Source of the DNA: Stegostoma tigrinum
Lineage: Eukaryota
Direction of reading: 5' to 3'
NCBI RefSeq assembly: GCF_030684315.1
Contig: NC_081369.1
Span: forward strand, 2,780,689 to 2,844,688
DNA: 64,000 nt
In this document: piece by piece, positions 13,293 to 25,699 of the stretch
How the letters are laid out: every line of letters starts with the position of its first letter
How positions within the stretch are numbered: position 1 is the stretch's first letter
Position numbers and translations under genes: made by a program
Notes under the pieces: generated by a model
Databases searched by the model: none
Told to the model about the DNA's origin: nothing
The model's input: only the letters and a program-made list of their open reading frames with translations

Positions 13293-13599
13293 TCATCAAT
13301 TAGCTTAAAATTTGTGGTATATCAATAGAAAAGTTTTTTTTTGATTCCCAGCCTCTGTGTTAATTATGTTTCATTCCTCAATGACATTCTCTGTGAATTC
13401 ACACCAGAAATTTGGCCTACAAGAACCTGTCATGATTTATATATTGTCAAACCACGATCATATAATCAATTTGACTTAAAAGCATACCAGAGCGATACAA
13501 CACATCCTTTTAATGCAACCCTGATGTGTTCATGATTCTGCAGTGTCCATCTATAAGGCCAAGCAACTTCACCAAAAAGTTTGACAGTATTTCACACTT

Positions 13600-13860
13600 G
13601 GACTGGAAACTGCAGTGATTGCTCCCAGGTCAGCTGGGTGTACCTCGTAGAATATAAATTCCCTGTTTGGGGCTGTTAATCTGGTCCAGTCGGAGTGTCC
13701 TGTCTGATAAATAAAAATAGGAATGTCAGAGGCCCTGTTCACTCTGAGAGCTGGCTCTGAGGGAGCTGGGCCAGCGTCAAGGACTCTCCACATGTAACTA
13801 AAGGGTGACTTGCTGAGGGGATACAGGCCTCAGTTGAGTTGTCTCAGTGGTGACAAGAGA
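13600..13860 (+). mobile_element. Partial LTR plus primer-binding-site-like sequence (Gypsy-like)
   Basis: Segment with a TATA-like signal and a degenerate poly(A) signal ends ...gagttgtctca followed by gtggtgacaagag, which resembles a TGGCGACGAG-type PBS. Confidence 0.45.
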
Positions 13861-14939
13861 AAAACATACCCCTGAAGAAATTTGCTTGCAACACACCCCT
13901 ACTGAAGCCAACCTTGAAACATAACATTTTGCAAGGTTATAGTTACAGCAGGAAGAATGTTCTCGCTTATTGAGATTGAAATCATAAATTTAAAATATTC
14001 AAGGTGTCGTTTCATGCCTTAATCTCCTCTGGGCCCACTTTCAATGATTCTGTGTGCAGGTTGTGAAGGATGCTGGTCTCTCTGCTGTCAAAAAATATAA
14101 ATTGATCAAAGTAATTCAACAATTCACAGCTGTGAAGGAAAGTGCATTGCTCCTGACCATCGGACATTTCCTAATATGGCTCTGAAACACATTTCTAACT
14201 AATCTGTCAGTCCTCTTTTGTTTTGCTATGTTGTCCCATAGTATCCGACATTTAGCTTTCAACATTACTGATTTGCTCTTTCGTTATCTACGACCGTGTT
14301 TAGAGTTTGTAAATAGAATTCGCGCTGCTTCCGGGTCAGCAAAGACTCCGTGCTTCATTGCAAACCTTGAACTTTAAAGCCTCTTACTGATCTCATCGCC
14401 TTTTACCAGATAACAGATTTGTCACTTTTACTGTTCTCGTGGTTTCTCAGTGTAGCGAGCTACATCTGCACCTAGAGTGTCAGCTGCTGTTTAAACTTTT
14501 TTCCCCTCAATGCATGACATTGAAATGATCTATGTTATTAACGCTGACGAATAAAACCGAAATTAACTTTCTCGTGTTACCCGAATGTAGGTAATTATTC
14601 ATGATTAGATGTAACAGAATACAAACTGTGTTAATTCAACAACCTATTGTGACAGAATGCTCAGCAGGAATCAACAGGGGAATGAAAATTAAACCGGCAC
14701 AGACCTAACACGCATGTGCCACAGACATGTAGAAATGGAAGAATTAGCTGTTAAATAATCCGAAAGAATGGGGGAGAGATTTGTACAGACAGACACAATT
14801 AAATCAAGCACAAAACTACACACATATAAAAGCATGTTGTGGAGGACGCACATAAAATGTACACAAACAGGTGGCATATTAATCAATGCAAACATGAAAT
14901 ATTAGCTTGGAAATTCACCGAAATAAAGCTTTTGAAAAT

Positions 14940-15645
14940 AGAACAAAAAAGAGCAAAGAAAATTACAGCACAGGAACAGGCCCTTCGGCCCTCCAAGCCT
15001 GCGCCGATCAAGATCCTCTGTCTAACCTGTCATCTATTTTCTACCTGTCTGTATCCATTTGCCCCCTGACCATCCATGTACCCGTCCAAATATATCTTAA
15101 AAGACACTAACGTGTCTGCGTCTACCACCTCCGCTGGCACCGCGTTCCAGGCACCCACCACCCTCTGTGTAAAGAACTTTCCACGCATATCTCCCTTCAA
15201 CTTTCCTCCTCGCACTTTGAACTCATTACCCCTCGTAATTGAGTCCCCCACTCTGGGAAAAAGCTTCTAGCCGTCCACCCTGTCTATACCCGTCATGATT
15301 TTGTATACCTCAATCACCCCCCCCCCCCCACCAATCTCCGTCTTTCTAATGAAAATAATCCTAATCTACTCAACCTCTCTTCATAGCTAGCACCCTCCAT
15401 ACCAGGCAACACCCTGGTGAACCTTCTCTGCACCCTCTCCAAAGCATCCACATCCTTTTGGTAATGTGGCGACCAGAACTGTACACAGTATTCCAAATGT
15501 GTTTGAACCAAAGTCCTATACAACTGTAACATGACCTGCCAACTCTTGTACTCAGTACCCCGTCCAATGAAGGAAAGCATGCCATATGCCTTCTTGACCA
15601 CCCTATTGACGTATATTGTCACCTTCAGGGAACAATGGATGTAAA
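14940..15645 (-). mobile_element. Young 5'-truncated CR1 LINE
   Basis: KKAYGMLSFIGRG, HLEYCVQFWSP and GKFFTQRVVGAWN; frameshifted at a poly-C run (15317-15329). Confidence 0.95.
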
Positions 15646-17468
15646 CTGCTCACAACGACGGAAGGTTCAAAAATTGGTTAACGCCGCTTTTATGGCGATC
15701 AGCATAAAATTGAGCAGTGACACGGTGAGCAGTATGTTTTACACAGGGAGTGTTCAGGCTGGAGAATGAGCTATTCCACGTCTGCTGGGCACACAGAATC
15801 GAGACCTTCCAAACAGGATGGGTTAGTTGTCTGGAGAGAAACCCAAGCGGCACCAGAAATGGAACTCATCACCGCAAAGAGCTGTGGAGGCCAAGTCATT
15901 GAGTGTAACTTAGACAGAGATAGATAAGGTTCATTTTTGGTGAGGAGATTCTGGGATACGCGGAGAAGGCGGGAGAATCAGGTAGAGAAATACATCAGCC
16001 ATGATCGAACAGCAGAGCAGTGTCAATGGACCGATCTGCCTAATTCTACTCCAATGATTTATGGTCTGCCGTGGAAAAGTGACCCACAGAGTCACTCCTG
16101 CGGAGAGTCAGAATGATGACAGCCCTTCCATGTAAGCTGTAATAATTCCATCGTTATTTCATTATTATATATTACAATCAGCAACAACCAGCCCCGATTG
16201 TAACACACAGGCATCAGCACTGGCGTCCAGTCATTAGCATCAGCTTCACCCGGACTTCAGCACTGGCACCGCAAAGTCACAAGTGGTATTAGTAATTCAA
16301 TAGAAGCGAGACAGTCAGTAAAACGCCAGATTTCGATTTACAGCTAAGAGCATCGCGGTTTGAAAAAGCAGACTGCAGTGAACAGGCTTACATATTCTTC
16401 AACACTACAGCCCTAGCTCAGCCTCCCACGCACCCATTGTACATTCGCACCTAAACTTCAATTACGCTCATTATCACTGTCACGATCACAACCTGCTTGC
16501 TCATTGCCACATTAGCTCCATGCCACCGAGAATAATTATGTAATCTCCATCTGCATCATTTAGGCATTGGAGAAAATCCCATTCACCAACTTTGCAAACG
16601 CCAGCAACGGCAAAAGCCAATTAGGAACAATATCAAGCCACTCGCCAACAGCATCGCCCAGTCGCCAACAACTAAATACGTTGATGGGTAAGACCATTTA
16701 TCTGTCAGAAATATCAACAAAGACACTGGCAATCACATCCCTGCTCAAGGGCAGCATTTCCCAGTCACATGCAAAGCTACCTAATGTGCAGTTACACTGT
16801 GCTGACACTAACAATATGAGCCTGTCACCTTCCCTCATCAAATGGACATTGACGATTGTTATTCCATCAAACTGTTTTCTGTTCTTTGAGAAACCTATTG
16901 CCTAATTTGGACTGAGGCTTAATTCTGTATATTTTTTTATCAATCTGACTGGTATTGCAATCGATTGAGTTTGAAAGGTCGTAATTTGTTACATAACAGA
17001 CAAACTATTCCAGACTCGCTTGCAATGACCTTGATGTAACTTTTCAAAGTAATACGGTAAGAACAACATGTTATGTTCTCACACGGTTGTGTTTCCGCTT
17101 TATTGTCACAGTTCTCTCACGCGAAACATTGCGGGCAAACTCGACACCGCTCTGACCACACCTGCACGAAAAGCATCAGCAACAAGATCATCGAGTTTGC
17201 AGTTAATCAATTCGGAAATTATCACGTGATACAAAAATGTTCCATAATCTCTGGAAGAGCAGCAATATGTGAGGTGTATTTAACTCCCACGCTGAGTTCA
17301 TATATTTGGTGGAAATGTAAAAGCACCAGTTCGTCGAAGTTGTGGCTTCATTCACTTTTTCAAACGCTCTGTCACAACTTGCTCATTGCCACATTACCTC
17401 CATGTCGTCCTGTACACTTCTGAATAATTTTTGTCCTAATTTACAGTGAGCTGATCGAGTTTGCTAAA

Positions 17469-17520
17469 ATGGGAGTGCTGAATATCCTGTGCTCTATCTC
17501 AACCCTCGGCATTTACGCAG
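17469..17520 (+). CDS. Gene 1 exon 1: leader peptide MGVLNILCSISTLGIYA
   Basis: ATG in good context (aaaATGG), hydrophobic peptide, phase-1 donor G|gtattt, 183 nt upstream of the V exon and in frame with it. Homologous leader exons occur at 51214-51268 (-) and 61461-61515 (+). Confidence 0.85.
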
Positions 17521-17703
17521 GTATTTCGACTTACAGAGGTCGAATAAATATTAAGGGGCATTGGGATTGTGTACACATTACTTCTGTTCAATGCGCGTGT
17601 TGCTTTTTTTAAACAATCTTTTTTAACCGTTATATTCTTTAACACATTGTTCACTCACTAACAGCCTTACGAATCATTGTCTGTTTGTGCTTATTTCTCA
17701 CAG

Positions 17704-18024
17704 TAGCTGATGGGAGCTCTCTCCGGATGGTTCAGTCCCCCATCCGTTTGACGGCGGTGAAAGGTACAAATGTGTCCATGAATTGCTCTTACACACTTTT
17801 CGATCCTAAAGCAATCCTGGATGTTTCCTGGTCGAGACGAAACCAGAACAGGTCATTCGAAGTGACAGCAGACAACAGGGAAGTAGTGATATATTCGAAG
17901 CCATCAGCGGCCGAGTTACACCTGCTGAATGTGGATTTTCAGGACACCGGAATCTATCAATGCAGCGCGAGAGACTGGAAACATAAAATTTCTTCTGGGA
18001 GTGGGACTGAACTTACTGTGCACG
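17704..18024 (+). CDS. Gene 1 exon 2: Ig V-set domain with germline-joined J-like motif
   Basis: Acceptor tttctcacag|, donor G|gtgagt, 321 nt, phase 1-1. Reads MVQSP..VSMNC..VSWSR..LHLLNVDFQDTGIYQC..SGSGTELTV, with B-strand Cys, C-strand Trp, DxGxYxC and GxGTxLxV. Confidence 0.95.
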
Positions 18025-19469
18025 GTGAGTGATGTAAAGGGTATTCTGCAGGTGTATTTTCAACAAGCATGTTCAACAAGAGGGGCAGCGAAATATTGCT
18101 TCTGGGTTTCGAACTGTGCTTTTCATTTTCACCGCGTTGCTGCAATCGCTGTCTTTTCGCACAGGCGCGTTGTTTAATGCCCGCAGAAATCAGCAAATAA
18201 GGTTTTAGACAATAATTAATGCCATTTCAGTATCAAGAACCGAAAGAACTGCGGATGTTGGAAATCAGACACAAAAGCAGAAAATTCAGCAGGTCTGGCA
18301 GCAAATGGGGAGAGGAATAGAAGTTATATGCTGAGACTCAGCTCCTGTTCCAGATTCTCCGGAATGCGGATTCAATTGCTCGTATTTAACCGGTCAAGCC
18401 CTTTCTGAATATTATATTTTTCAATGAGATCAGCTCTGATCGCTCCAACCTCCAAATAAAAGCGACGGAAAATACTCATCCCCTAAATACAGGACAATTC
18501 CGTAACAGCGGCGACAAACAGTTATTTTTCGTTGCTCATCCTCCCATTCAAATACAAACTCTTTTAAACATGGAGACCAAACTGACAGTTAGCATTGTCA
18601 GAGTGGTTTAACCGAAGCACTGTGAAATTGCCAAAAGGCTTATTTCTGACCTTGTAGTTCCTGTCCCCTTGCACGAAAAAATGTTCAGTTTTCCTTCTTA
18701 ATTGCCTATCTCTCCTGCATTCTGACCTTCCAAGCTTCTTGTAGGATAGTACACAAATGCCACTGAGCATCTAGACAAAGAGTTTTGCATATTTCAAAAA
18801 TATTCTGTTTAACTATTCATTTCCCAAAGTGCACAACATCATACTTTATAATTAATCCGCTAACCTCTTCCCTGTGTACAGCCTTGCTACGCATCTTGCT
18901 CACAGCTTTATTTTGTTAGTTTATTCTTTGGATGTGGACACCTATGGATATGTCAACATTTGTTGCCCACATTTATTTTTAATTTAACTGATTAACTCAT
19001 ACTGCACTTAATGGACCACCTTACTGTTGACAGGTACGATTAGTATTCTGGCTAGATTGGATAAATTAGGCAGAATTCTTCCTGAAGGAAAGCACTTGAG
19101 TCAGAATGGTTTTGACAACAATTGATGATAGTTGGCATTGACACAGTAATTGAGATTTGAATTCATTAAACATTGAAAGAATAATCAATGAAGAATTCAG
19201 TCGAAATTAGTAATAAAATAAATTTCTACCAATGCTAGGATTTGGATACACGTTCACAGGGCATTAATATGTGACTCTGGATTACTGAAAAGGTTAAATG
19301 AAGTACCCAGGGAGAGAGAAGACATGAAACCAAGGGGGAAAAAAACAGACAAAATGGAGATTAAGAAAGTGATAAGCACAGAATTCAAGTATAATAATCA
19401 ATCAGGGCCACGTTGCAAAAATAATATGAACAGATCAAATTCTTAAAGAGTCATGCCTTAAGGACTTAT

Positions 19470-20220
19470 TTCTTAATGGACATAGATTCACAATAAAGTG
19501 GATAAATGAGAAATGCACTAGATATCAAATGCATACTATATAGTTGGGATCACATGACTTGGTACAAATTGATGATGAATGCGAATTGAATATCCAGAGT
19601 GTTCAGTTTTTAGGAAGACAGATAGATAGGAAAATGAGGTTGTGTAACCTTGTTGGTTAAGGAGGGCAGTAACACAATACTGAGGCAGGATATTAGCTCA
19701 CATATTATAGAATCTATATAGATATAACTTCAAAAGACCCAGGGGCATAAAATGAGAGTGGGGTATGTTCAAAGATCACCAATGTGCTAGCATAATATTA
19801 GGGAAAGCATTTGACAGGAAATTAGAAATGCAAAAGTTATAATGGCATTTGTAATTAAGGTGGCATTAATCTGCACATAGGTTGCGTAGTGCAAGTCAAT
19901 AATAATATCATAGAGGCAAAATTCCTGGCGTGCGTATGGCATGGTTTTCTGGATCAATGCATTGTAGAACCATTGCCAATACCATCCTCAACTGGGTAAT
20001 GAAAAGGGATAATAGGTAATTTGGCAGCGCAAGATCCCTTGGGGAAGAGTGACCATGGTATAACAAAATTGCTCATTAAGTTAGACAGTGACATTGTTGA
20101 CTCTGAGACTAGCGTCCTGAAATTAAATAAAGGAAAATGTGCAGCATGCGATGGCAATGATGAATTAGGGAGTGTTAATTAAAGAGATGGTTGTGTAAAA
20201 GTGAAGAGAAGCATGTAAAA
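19470..20220 (+). mobile_element. Old CR1 endonuclease-region fragment in intron 2
   Basis: Degenerate CR1 ORF2 N-terminal sequence, e.g. gatcccttggggaagagtgaccat (PLGKSDH). Confidence 0.6.
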
Positions 20221-22752
20221 AGTGGCTTTAAGAGATGTGTTTTATCTTGGTTTCTTCCAGAGAGGTGGGGTGAACAAGTGACGAGCAGTCTTTGAGAAGA
20301 TAAACAATCTGTGAAGTCTTTGGTGCCTTTAAAAAGAAACTGGAATCGTAGAAGCAGCCTGAAAAGATTTGGTCAAGTTCCAAACCACAAAACCAGGAAT
20401 TTTTAGTTCTTAATTTACAGCAGAAATTGCTGTTCAAGTCTTGAACAAGTGGAGGCTATTTTCCCTTGTCTCGATTTCAGACTAAAGCCCAAAGTTCTGA
20501 AAACTAATAACTAAAAATCCCTGGTTCTGTGGGTGGAAACTTGACCAAACTCATTCTGTCTGCTTCTATTGTTCCATGTTTTTTTTAAAAAACACCCAAT
20601 GTTTCACAAGTTATTTATCTTTTCATAGATTGTGGCACCTGTCTCCCAAAGTCTCTCTTTAAAAGAACCCAGGACAAAGGACACTTCTTAAAGCTTCATT
20701 GTCAAATTGGTAGCAGGAAACTGGCTTATTAGAGGATGGCAACAGAAATTGCTGGAAAAACTCAACAGATCTGGCAGCATTTGGGAGACAAAGCAGAATT
20801 AAAGTTTTAGGTTCAGTGATTCTTCTGAAGAATACTCTGAAGAAGTGCCACTGGATCTGAAACATTAATTCAGCTTTGTCTCCACATATGTGGCCAGACC
20901 TGCTGACATTTTACAGAAATTTATGTTTTTGTTTCTGATTTGTTCCAGGGTCTGCAGTTCTTTGATTCTTGAATACAGGATAGGTCTGGGTCATACTGTT
21001 TTTAGATACCAGCTGTTAAAGAACATTCACAAATGAATAAAACAAGTTACCAGCATTGCACTGCCAGTGCATTGCAACACTGGAGAATTTGGGCATCCCA
21101 GAAAGGCTGAGGACAGAATTATTCAGCCTAGGACTGGGAAGTAAGGCTGATACTATTACTCTGTTTGATGAATTCTATAGACTACTAACCAGGAAACAGA
21201 AAATCAGAGAACAAATTGAAAGCATAAATTATACAGAACTGCAAGAATTATGAGTTAGTTGTAAAGAGGCTGTTTAATTTTCCAAGCACAGACCAATATA
21301 TAAACAATGCTAAATGCAAGCGTTTGTGGAGAGTTTCAATATCAGTATATTTTCAGTCCAATAGGAAAGAGTCACTGTTGGATCCAGTGCTGAGAAATAA
21401 TTTGGCTCAATGGGATACACATCTACAGGGAGATAATTCGGACAAATATCTGTTATATTTGAAGATTTACATTGGCTCTGGGAATGTAAAAAACAAATTA
21501 CAAGTAAAAGTAAAGTTTCTTTTTATTTCATTTGTGTGATGTTGGGTGTTGCTGGCTGGCCAACATTTGTTGCCCATTCCTAGTTGCTGTTGAGAAGGTT
21601 GGAGTTGGAGAACAGCCAAATGCTGTACGAACCTAATGGGTCTGGGCAAGATAATTGGCATTGAACGTGGCCAGGCAAAACTGCAAATGAACAAGAAATG
21701 ACTTTTAAAAATGTAGAATTGTGTTTTATTATCACATGCACTCAAGGGATACAGGAGTGCAGTGAAAAGTTTACAATTCATGGTGCCATCTTGGGTACAA
21801 GGTACCTTGGTACAAAATCTTACATAAAGAGTAGAAAAATAAAGTTAAAAGTTCAACACCACTGTTCTTGTCAGTATAAAGTACTAAATAAGAAACAAAG
21901 TGAAAAGGTTCAAACTGCAGTCCTTCTCGAGCCATGGGCCTGCATAGGTTTTTACCATGAGCGCTCAGTATTTTTCACACACTTGGTTCAATCTTTCTCC
22001 CTGTGCTTGATCTCTCTCTGACACTGGGCTCAATCTGTCGATCCCCGAGCCTCAAGGCTGCCATCTCGTCATCGACCGCCTTTCACTGTCTCCTGCACTG
22101 GATGCAATCTCTTTACTTCTCAATTCCTGTGCTCCATAAACATACTTCAGGTAGAGTGAAGTTGCATTCCACAAATAGGTAAGGAAAAATAAAAGCTGGA
22201 ATTTCTTGCATAAAGGAAACCATAGAGGGTAATTTGAAGCTGAAAGGGTGTGACAATGCAATTGAGAATCCACCTGATTAGAAGAATCTCAGATATCAGA
22301 AATTTAAAAAAATCTGAGAAGCAAATAGAAAGTATCAGCAGAGGATAGCAGGTAACAGAGAAAATAATCCAAACAGGTTGTATGGGTACGTGAATTGGAA
22401 AATTCAGATAAAATGATGTTTGAAATTGCATAGAGGCTGAAAAGGGAAGACAGGCACAAAGACATTTTGAAAGTCAGAGGAGTTAATTGGATACATTGTA
22501 TCAGACTTTAATGACAAAGAAGATTCAGTCCAATTTGCAATTCCAGAGCAGAGAGTTTGGAAAATTGATTTAGAATTGCAGGAAAACAGATACCAGAACT
22601 GTTGGTTGTGTTTAAAATTAATAAATGTCCAAAAACAAATGAGGAGCTGTGTCACAACACCTAATTGTGAAACTTTGTAGATGACATTCTTTACTTTTGT
22701 AGTATAACATGTGAGGAACAATTTTAACAAGTTTCCATTAATTAAATCCCAG

Positions 22753-23028
22753 TGCCACCAACTCCTGTGAAGATTACTCATCAGTCCCATTCCACACTGC
22801 TCTGTGCAACAGCTGGCTTCTTTCCAAAGGAGATTAACATCACGTGGTATGAAAATTATACAGAAATTACAACTGAGTTCAACACAACTATAGAAAGGAA
22901 CAAAGAAGGATTATATCAAATTTCCAGTTACCTCAGCCCTGTGCAGAATGCAGTGATGTACACCTGTGAAATTTCTCATGTTTCTCTCTACGTGCCAGCC
23001 AATGACAGCTACATGTTTCTTGATCAGG
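22753..23028 (+). CDS. Gene 1 exon 3: Ig C1-set domain
   Basis: Acceptor tcccag|, donor G|gtaaga, 276 nt, phase 1-1. TLLCATAGFFPKEINITWY and YTCEISH are C1-set signatures (CxxxxF-F/Y-P..W and YxCxxxH). Confidence 0.95.
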
Positions 23029-23519
23029 GTAAGATTCTCAGCTTGACAATAATCATTTGAATGGGATGTGTGCTTGATATAGAGGACTGTCTTGTTTTAC
23101 TGGCCTGTAGCATATCATTCTTAATGAACTGAGTTTGAAAGACGCCACTGTGTTCATTGCAGTGCAAAGTACAATTCAGGTGGTACAGGACAATGTGGCA
23201 CTTTTGAGCTTCAGTTGAGTGTGGCTATCAAGCATATTGTCTGCTATGAATAGAGAATATTTCACTCTAATGTGAAGAAGGTTGTTCCCAAGTCCTGTGG
23301 TGATTTGTGGAGGTTTGATAGGAATTTTGGTGATTGGAAATTGAGTGCAGATCTCGAGGTTACAAAATACGTGTGTGCATAGAGAATGAGTCATCAGGTA
23401 ATGTACATGAACCCAAAAAACTGAAAGGTATTTTGTCAGAAAATCTAAACTGCAGCTTACTCTGGTGAAGTTTTAGTCAAAGTAGAGCTTAAATAAGCAA
23501 CATAGAGATAAATTAATCA

Positions 23520-23780
23520 AGAAGTGCAGAGAGCCACAGGGATCAGTGCTGGGGCTTCTGCTGTTCGTGACCTATGTAAATGATTTGGAGGAAAACATAG
23601 CTGATGTTATTAGTAGGCTTACAGATAAGACAATGATTGGTGGAGTTATGGATCGTGAGGAGGATTGTCAGAGGATACAGCAGGACACACATCAGTTGTA
23701 GGCATAATCAGAAAAATGGCAGATGGAGTTTAATCTGGTCAAATGTGAAACGATACATTTTGCAAGGTCAAGTTCATATG
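23520..23780 (+). mobile_element. CR1 RT fragment
   Basis: ccacagggatcagtgctgggg (PQGSVLG) and tggcagatggagtttaat (WQMEFN). Confidence 0.8.
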
Positions 23781-23784
23781 ATAA

Positions 23785-25690
23785 GATGTTAGGGCAGAAT
23801 TAACCCATTGAAGTCTCCTCTGCCATTTGATAATGGTTGATATGCTCCTTACTCCTATCTTCCTGTCTCCTTCCCATAGTCCTTCAACCCATCACCAATT
23901 AAGGACCTGTCTCACACCTCATTAAATTTACTCATTGTCCCAACATCCACTGCATTTTGGGGTTAAGAATTCCACGGATTCACAACCCTTTGGGAGAAGT
24001 AGTTCCTGCTCAATTCCATTTTAAATTTGCTACCCCTTATCCTAACACTGTGCCCTCTCATTCTAGAATGCCCCACAACAGGAAGCATCCACTCCATGTC
24101 CATTTTACCTATACCTTTTATCATTTTGAATACCTCAATTTGATCTCGCCACATTCTTCTAAATTCCAGAGAGTATAGGCCTGAACTGTTCAATCTTTCT
24201 TCATACAACAAACTCCTCACTCTGGAATCAATCTAGTGAACTTGCTCTGACCTGCCTCCAATGCTACTTCATCTTTCCTCAACTAAGGGGACCAAAATAG
24301 TGCACAATACTCCAGATGCAGTCTCACCAATACCTTGCACAGTTGCAAAAATACTTCCTTACTTTTATATTCTATTCCTTTAGCTATAAATGCCAAGATT
24401 CCATTCACTTTCCTTATTATCTGTTGTACTTTCATGCTAGTTTTCTGTGACACATAAACGAGGACTCCCAAATCCCTCTGCACCAGTGCATCTCAAAGTC
24501 CCTCCCCATTTAGATAATCATAGAATCAGAGAAACATAGACACACTACAGCGTGGAAACAGGCCATTCAGCCCAACAAGTCCACGCTGCCTCTCTCAACA
24601 GCATCTCACACAAACCCATTCCCCTACCCCTGCATTTCCTATGTCTAGCCTACCTAACCTAAACATCCCTAGGCACTATGGGCAATTTAGCATGGCCAAT
24701 CCACCTAACCTGCACATCTTTGGATTGTGGGAGGAAGCCGGAGCACTTGGAGAAACCCACGCAAGTATGGGGAGAATATGCAAACTTCACACAGGCAGTC
24801 GCCGAGGCTGGAATTGAACTCAGGTCACTGGTGCTGTGAGGCTGTAGTGTTAACCACTGAGCCACCATGCCGCCCAAAACAATAATACATTGCCTTCCCA
24901 TTTTTCTGACCAAAATACATGACCTCACACTTATCCATGTTAAATGCCATTTGCCACATTTTGGCCCACTCTCCGAATGTAAATATTTCAATTTTTAGGG
25001 TTCTTATTTCCTCATTGCTATTTACCGTTCCCCTGTACTTTTGTGCTGTCTGTAAATTTGGCTATAGAGCCTTCTATCCCTGTATCCCAGTTGTGAATGG
25101 AGATTGTAAATAGCTAAAGCCCAAAGGTTAAACCCTGTGGCAGCCCACTAATTACTTTTTGCCATCAAGAATAAAACCCATTTATCCCTACTCTCTGTCT
25201 TCTGTCCATCAGCCAGTCACCTATCCGAGCTAATAAATTTACCCCTAATCCCAAATGATCCAACCTTGTGAATTAACCTTTTGTGCGGCACCTTATCAAA
25301 AGCCTTCCAGAAGTCCAGATATACTAATATACAGGTTCCTCATTGTCCACTTTGCTTGTTCCATCTTTGAAGAACTCTAGCAAATTAGTCAAACATTATT
25401 TGCCCTTCCTAAAACCATGCTAAATCTGATAGATAACACTTTGACTTTCCAAATGTCCTGATATTGCTTCCTTGATATTGATTCTAACTTAGCCAGCAAC
25501 AGATGTTGAACTAACTATTCTGTAATTTCCCACATACTGCCTCCCTCACGCTTTGAATAGGGTGTTACATTAGCATTTTTCCAATCTACTGGAACCTTTC
25601 CTGTGTCCAGCGAATTTTGGAATATTGTAACCAATAGATTCACGATGTCCACTGATTCTTCCTTTAATACTCTACAATGTAGGCCATCAG
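23785..25690 (-). mobile_element. CR1 LINE (RT to 3' end), interrupted by a SINE
   Basis: QRDLGVLV, LVRLHLEYCALFWSP and FSQRVVNPWNS on the - strand. Confidence 0.9.
24520..24875 (-). mobile_element. HE1-type V-SINE nested in CR1
   Basis: rc begins gggcggcatggtggctcagtggttaacact (A box), followed by B-box-like agttcaattcc and V-domain ccacaatccaaagatgtgcaggttaggtggattggccatgctaaattgccc. Confidence 0.9.
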
Positions 25691-25699
25691 GCAGATTAA

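Noticed and set aside
18021-18060. CACGGTG at the end of the gene 1 V exon as an RSS heptamer
   Set aside because: It is the His codon plus the splice donor, lies after the J-like motif, and has no ACAAAAACC-like nonamer at 12 or 23 bp.
22753-23028. C1 exons as MHC class I/II, Ig or TCR constant genes
   Set aside because: There are no peptide-binding-domain exons or V/D/J segments with RSS, and the linked TM is uncharged with a long tyrosine-motif tail.
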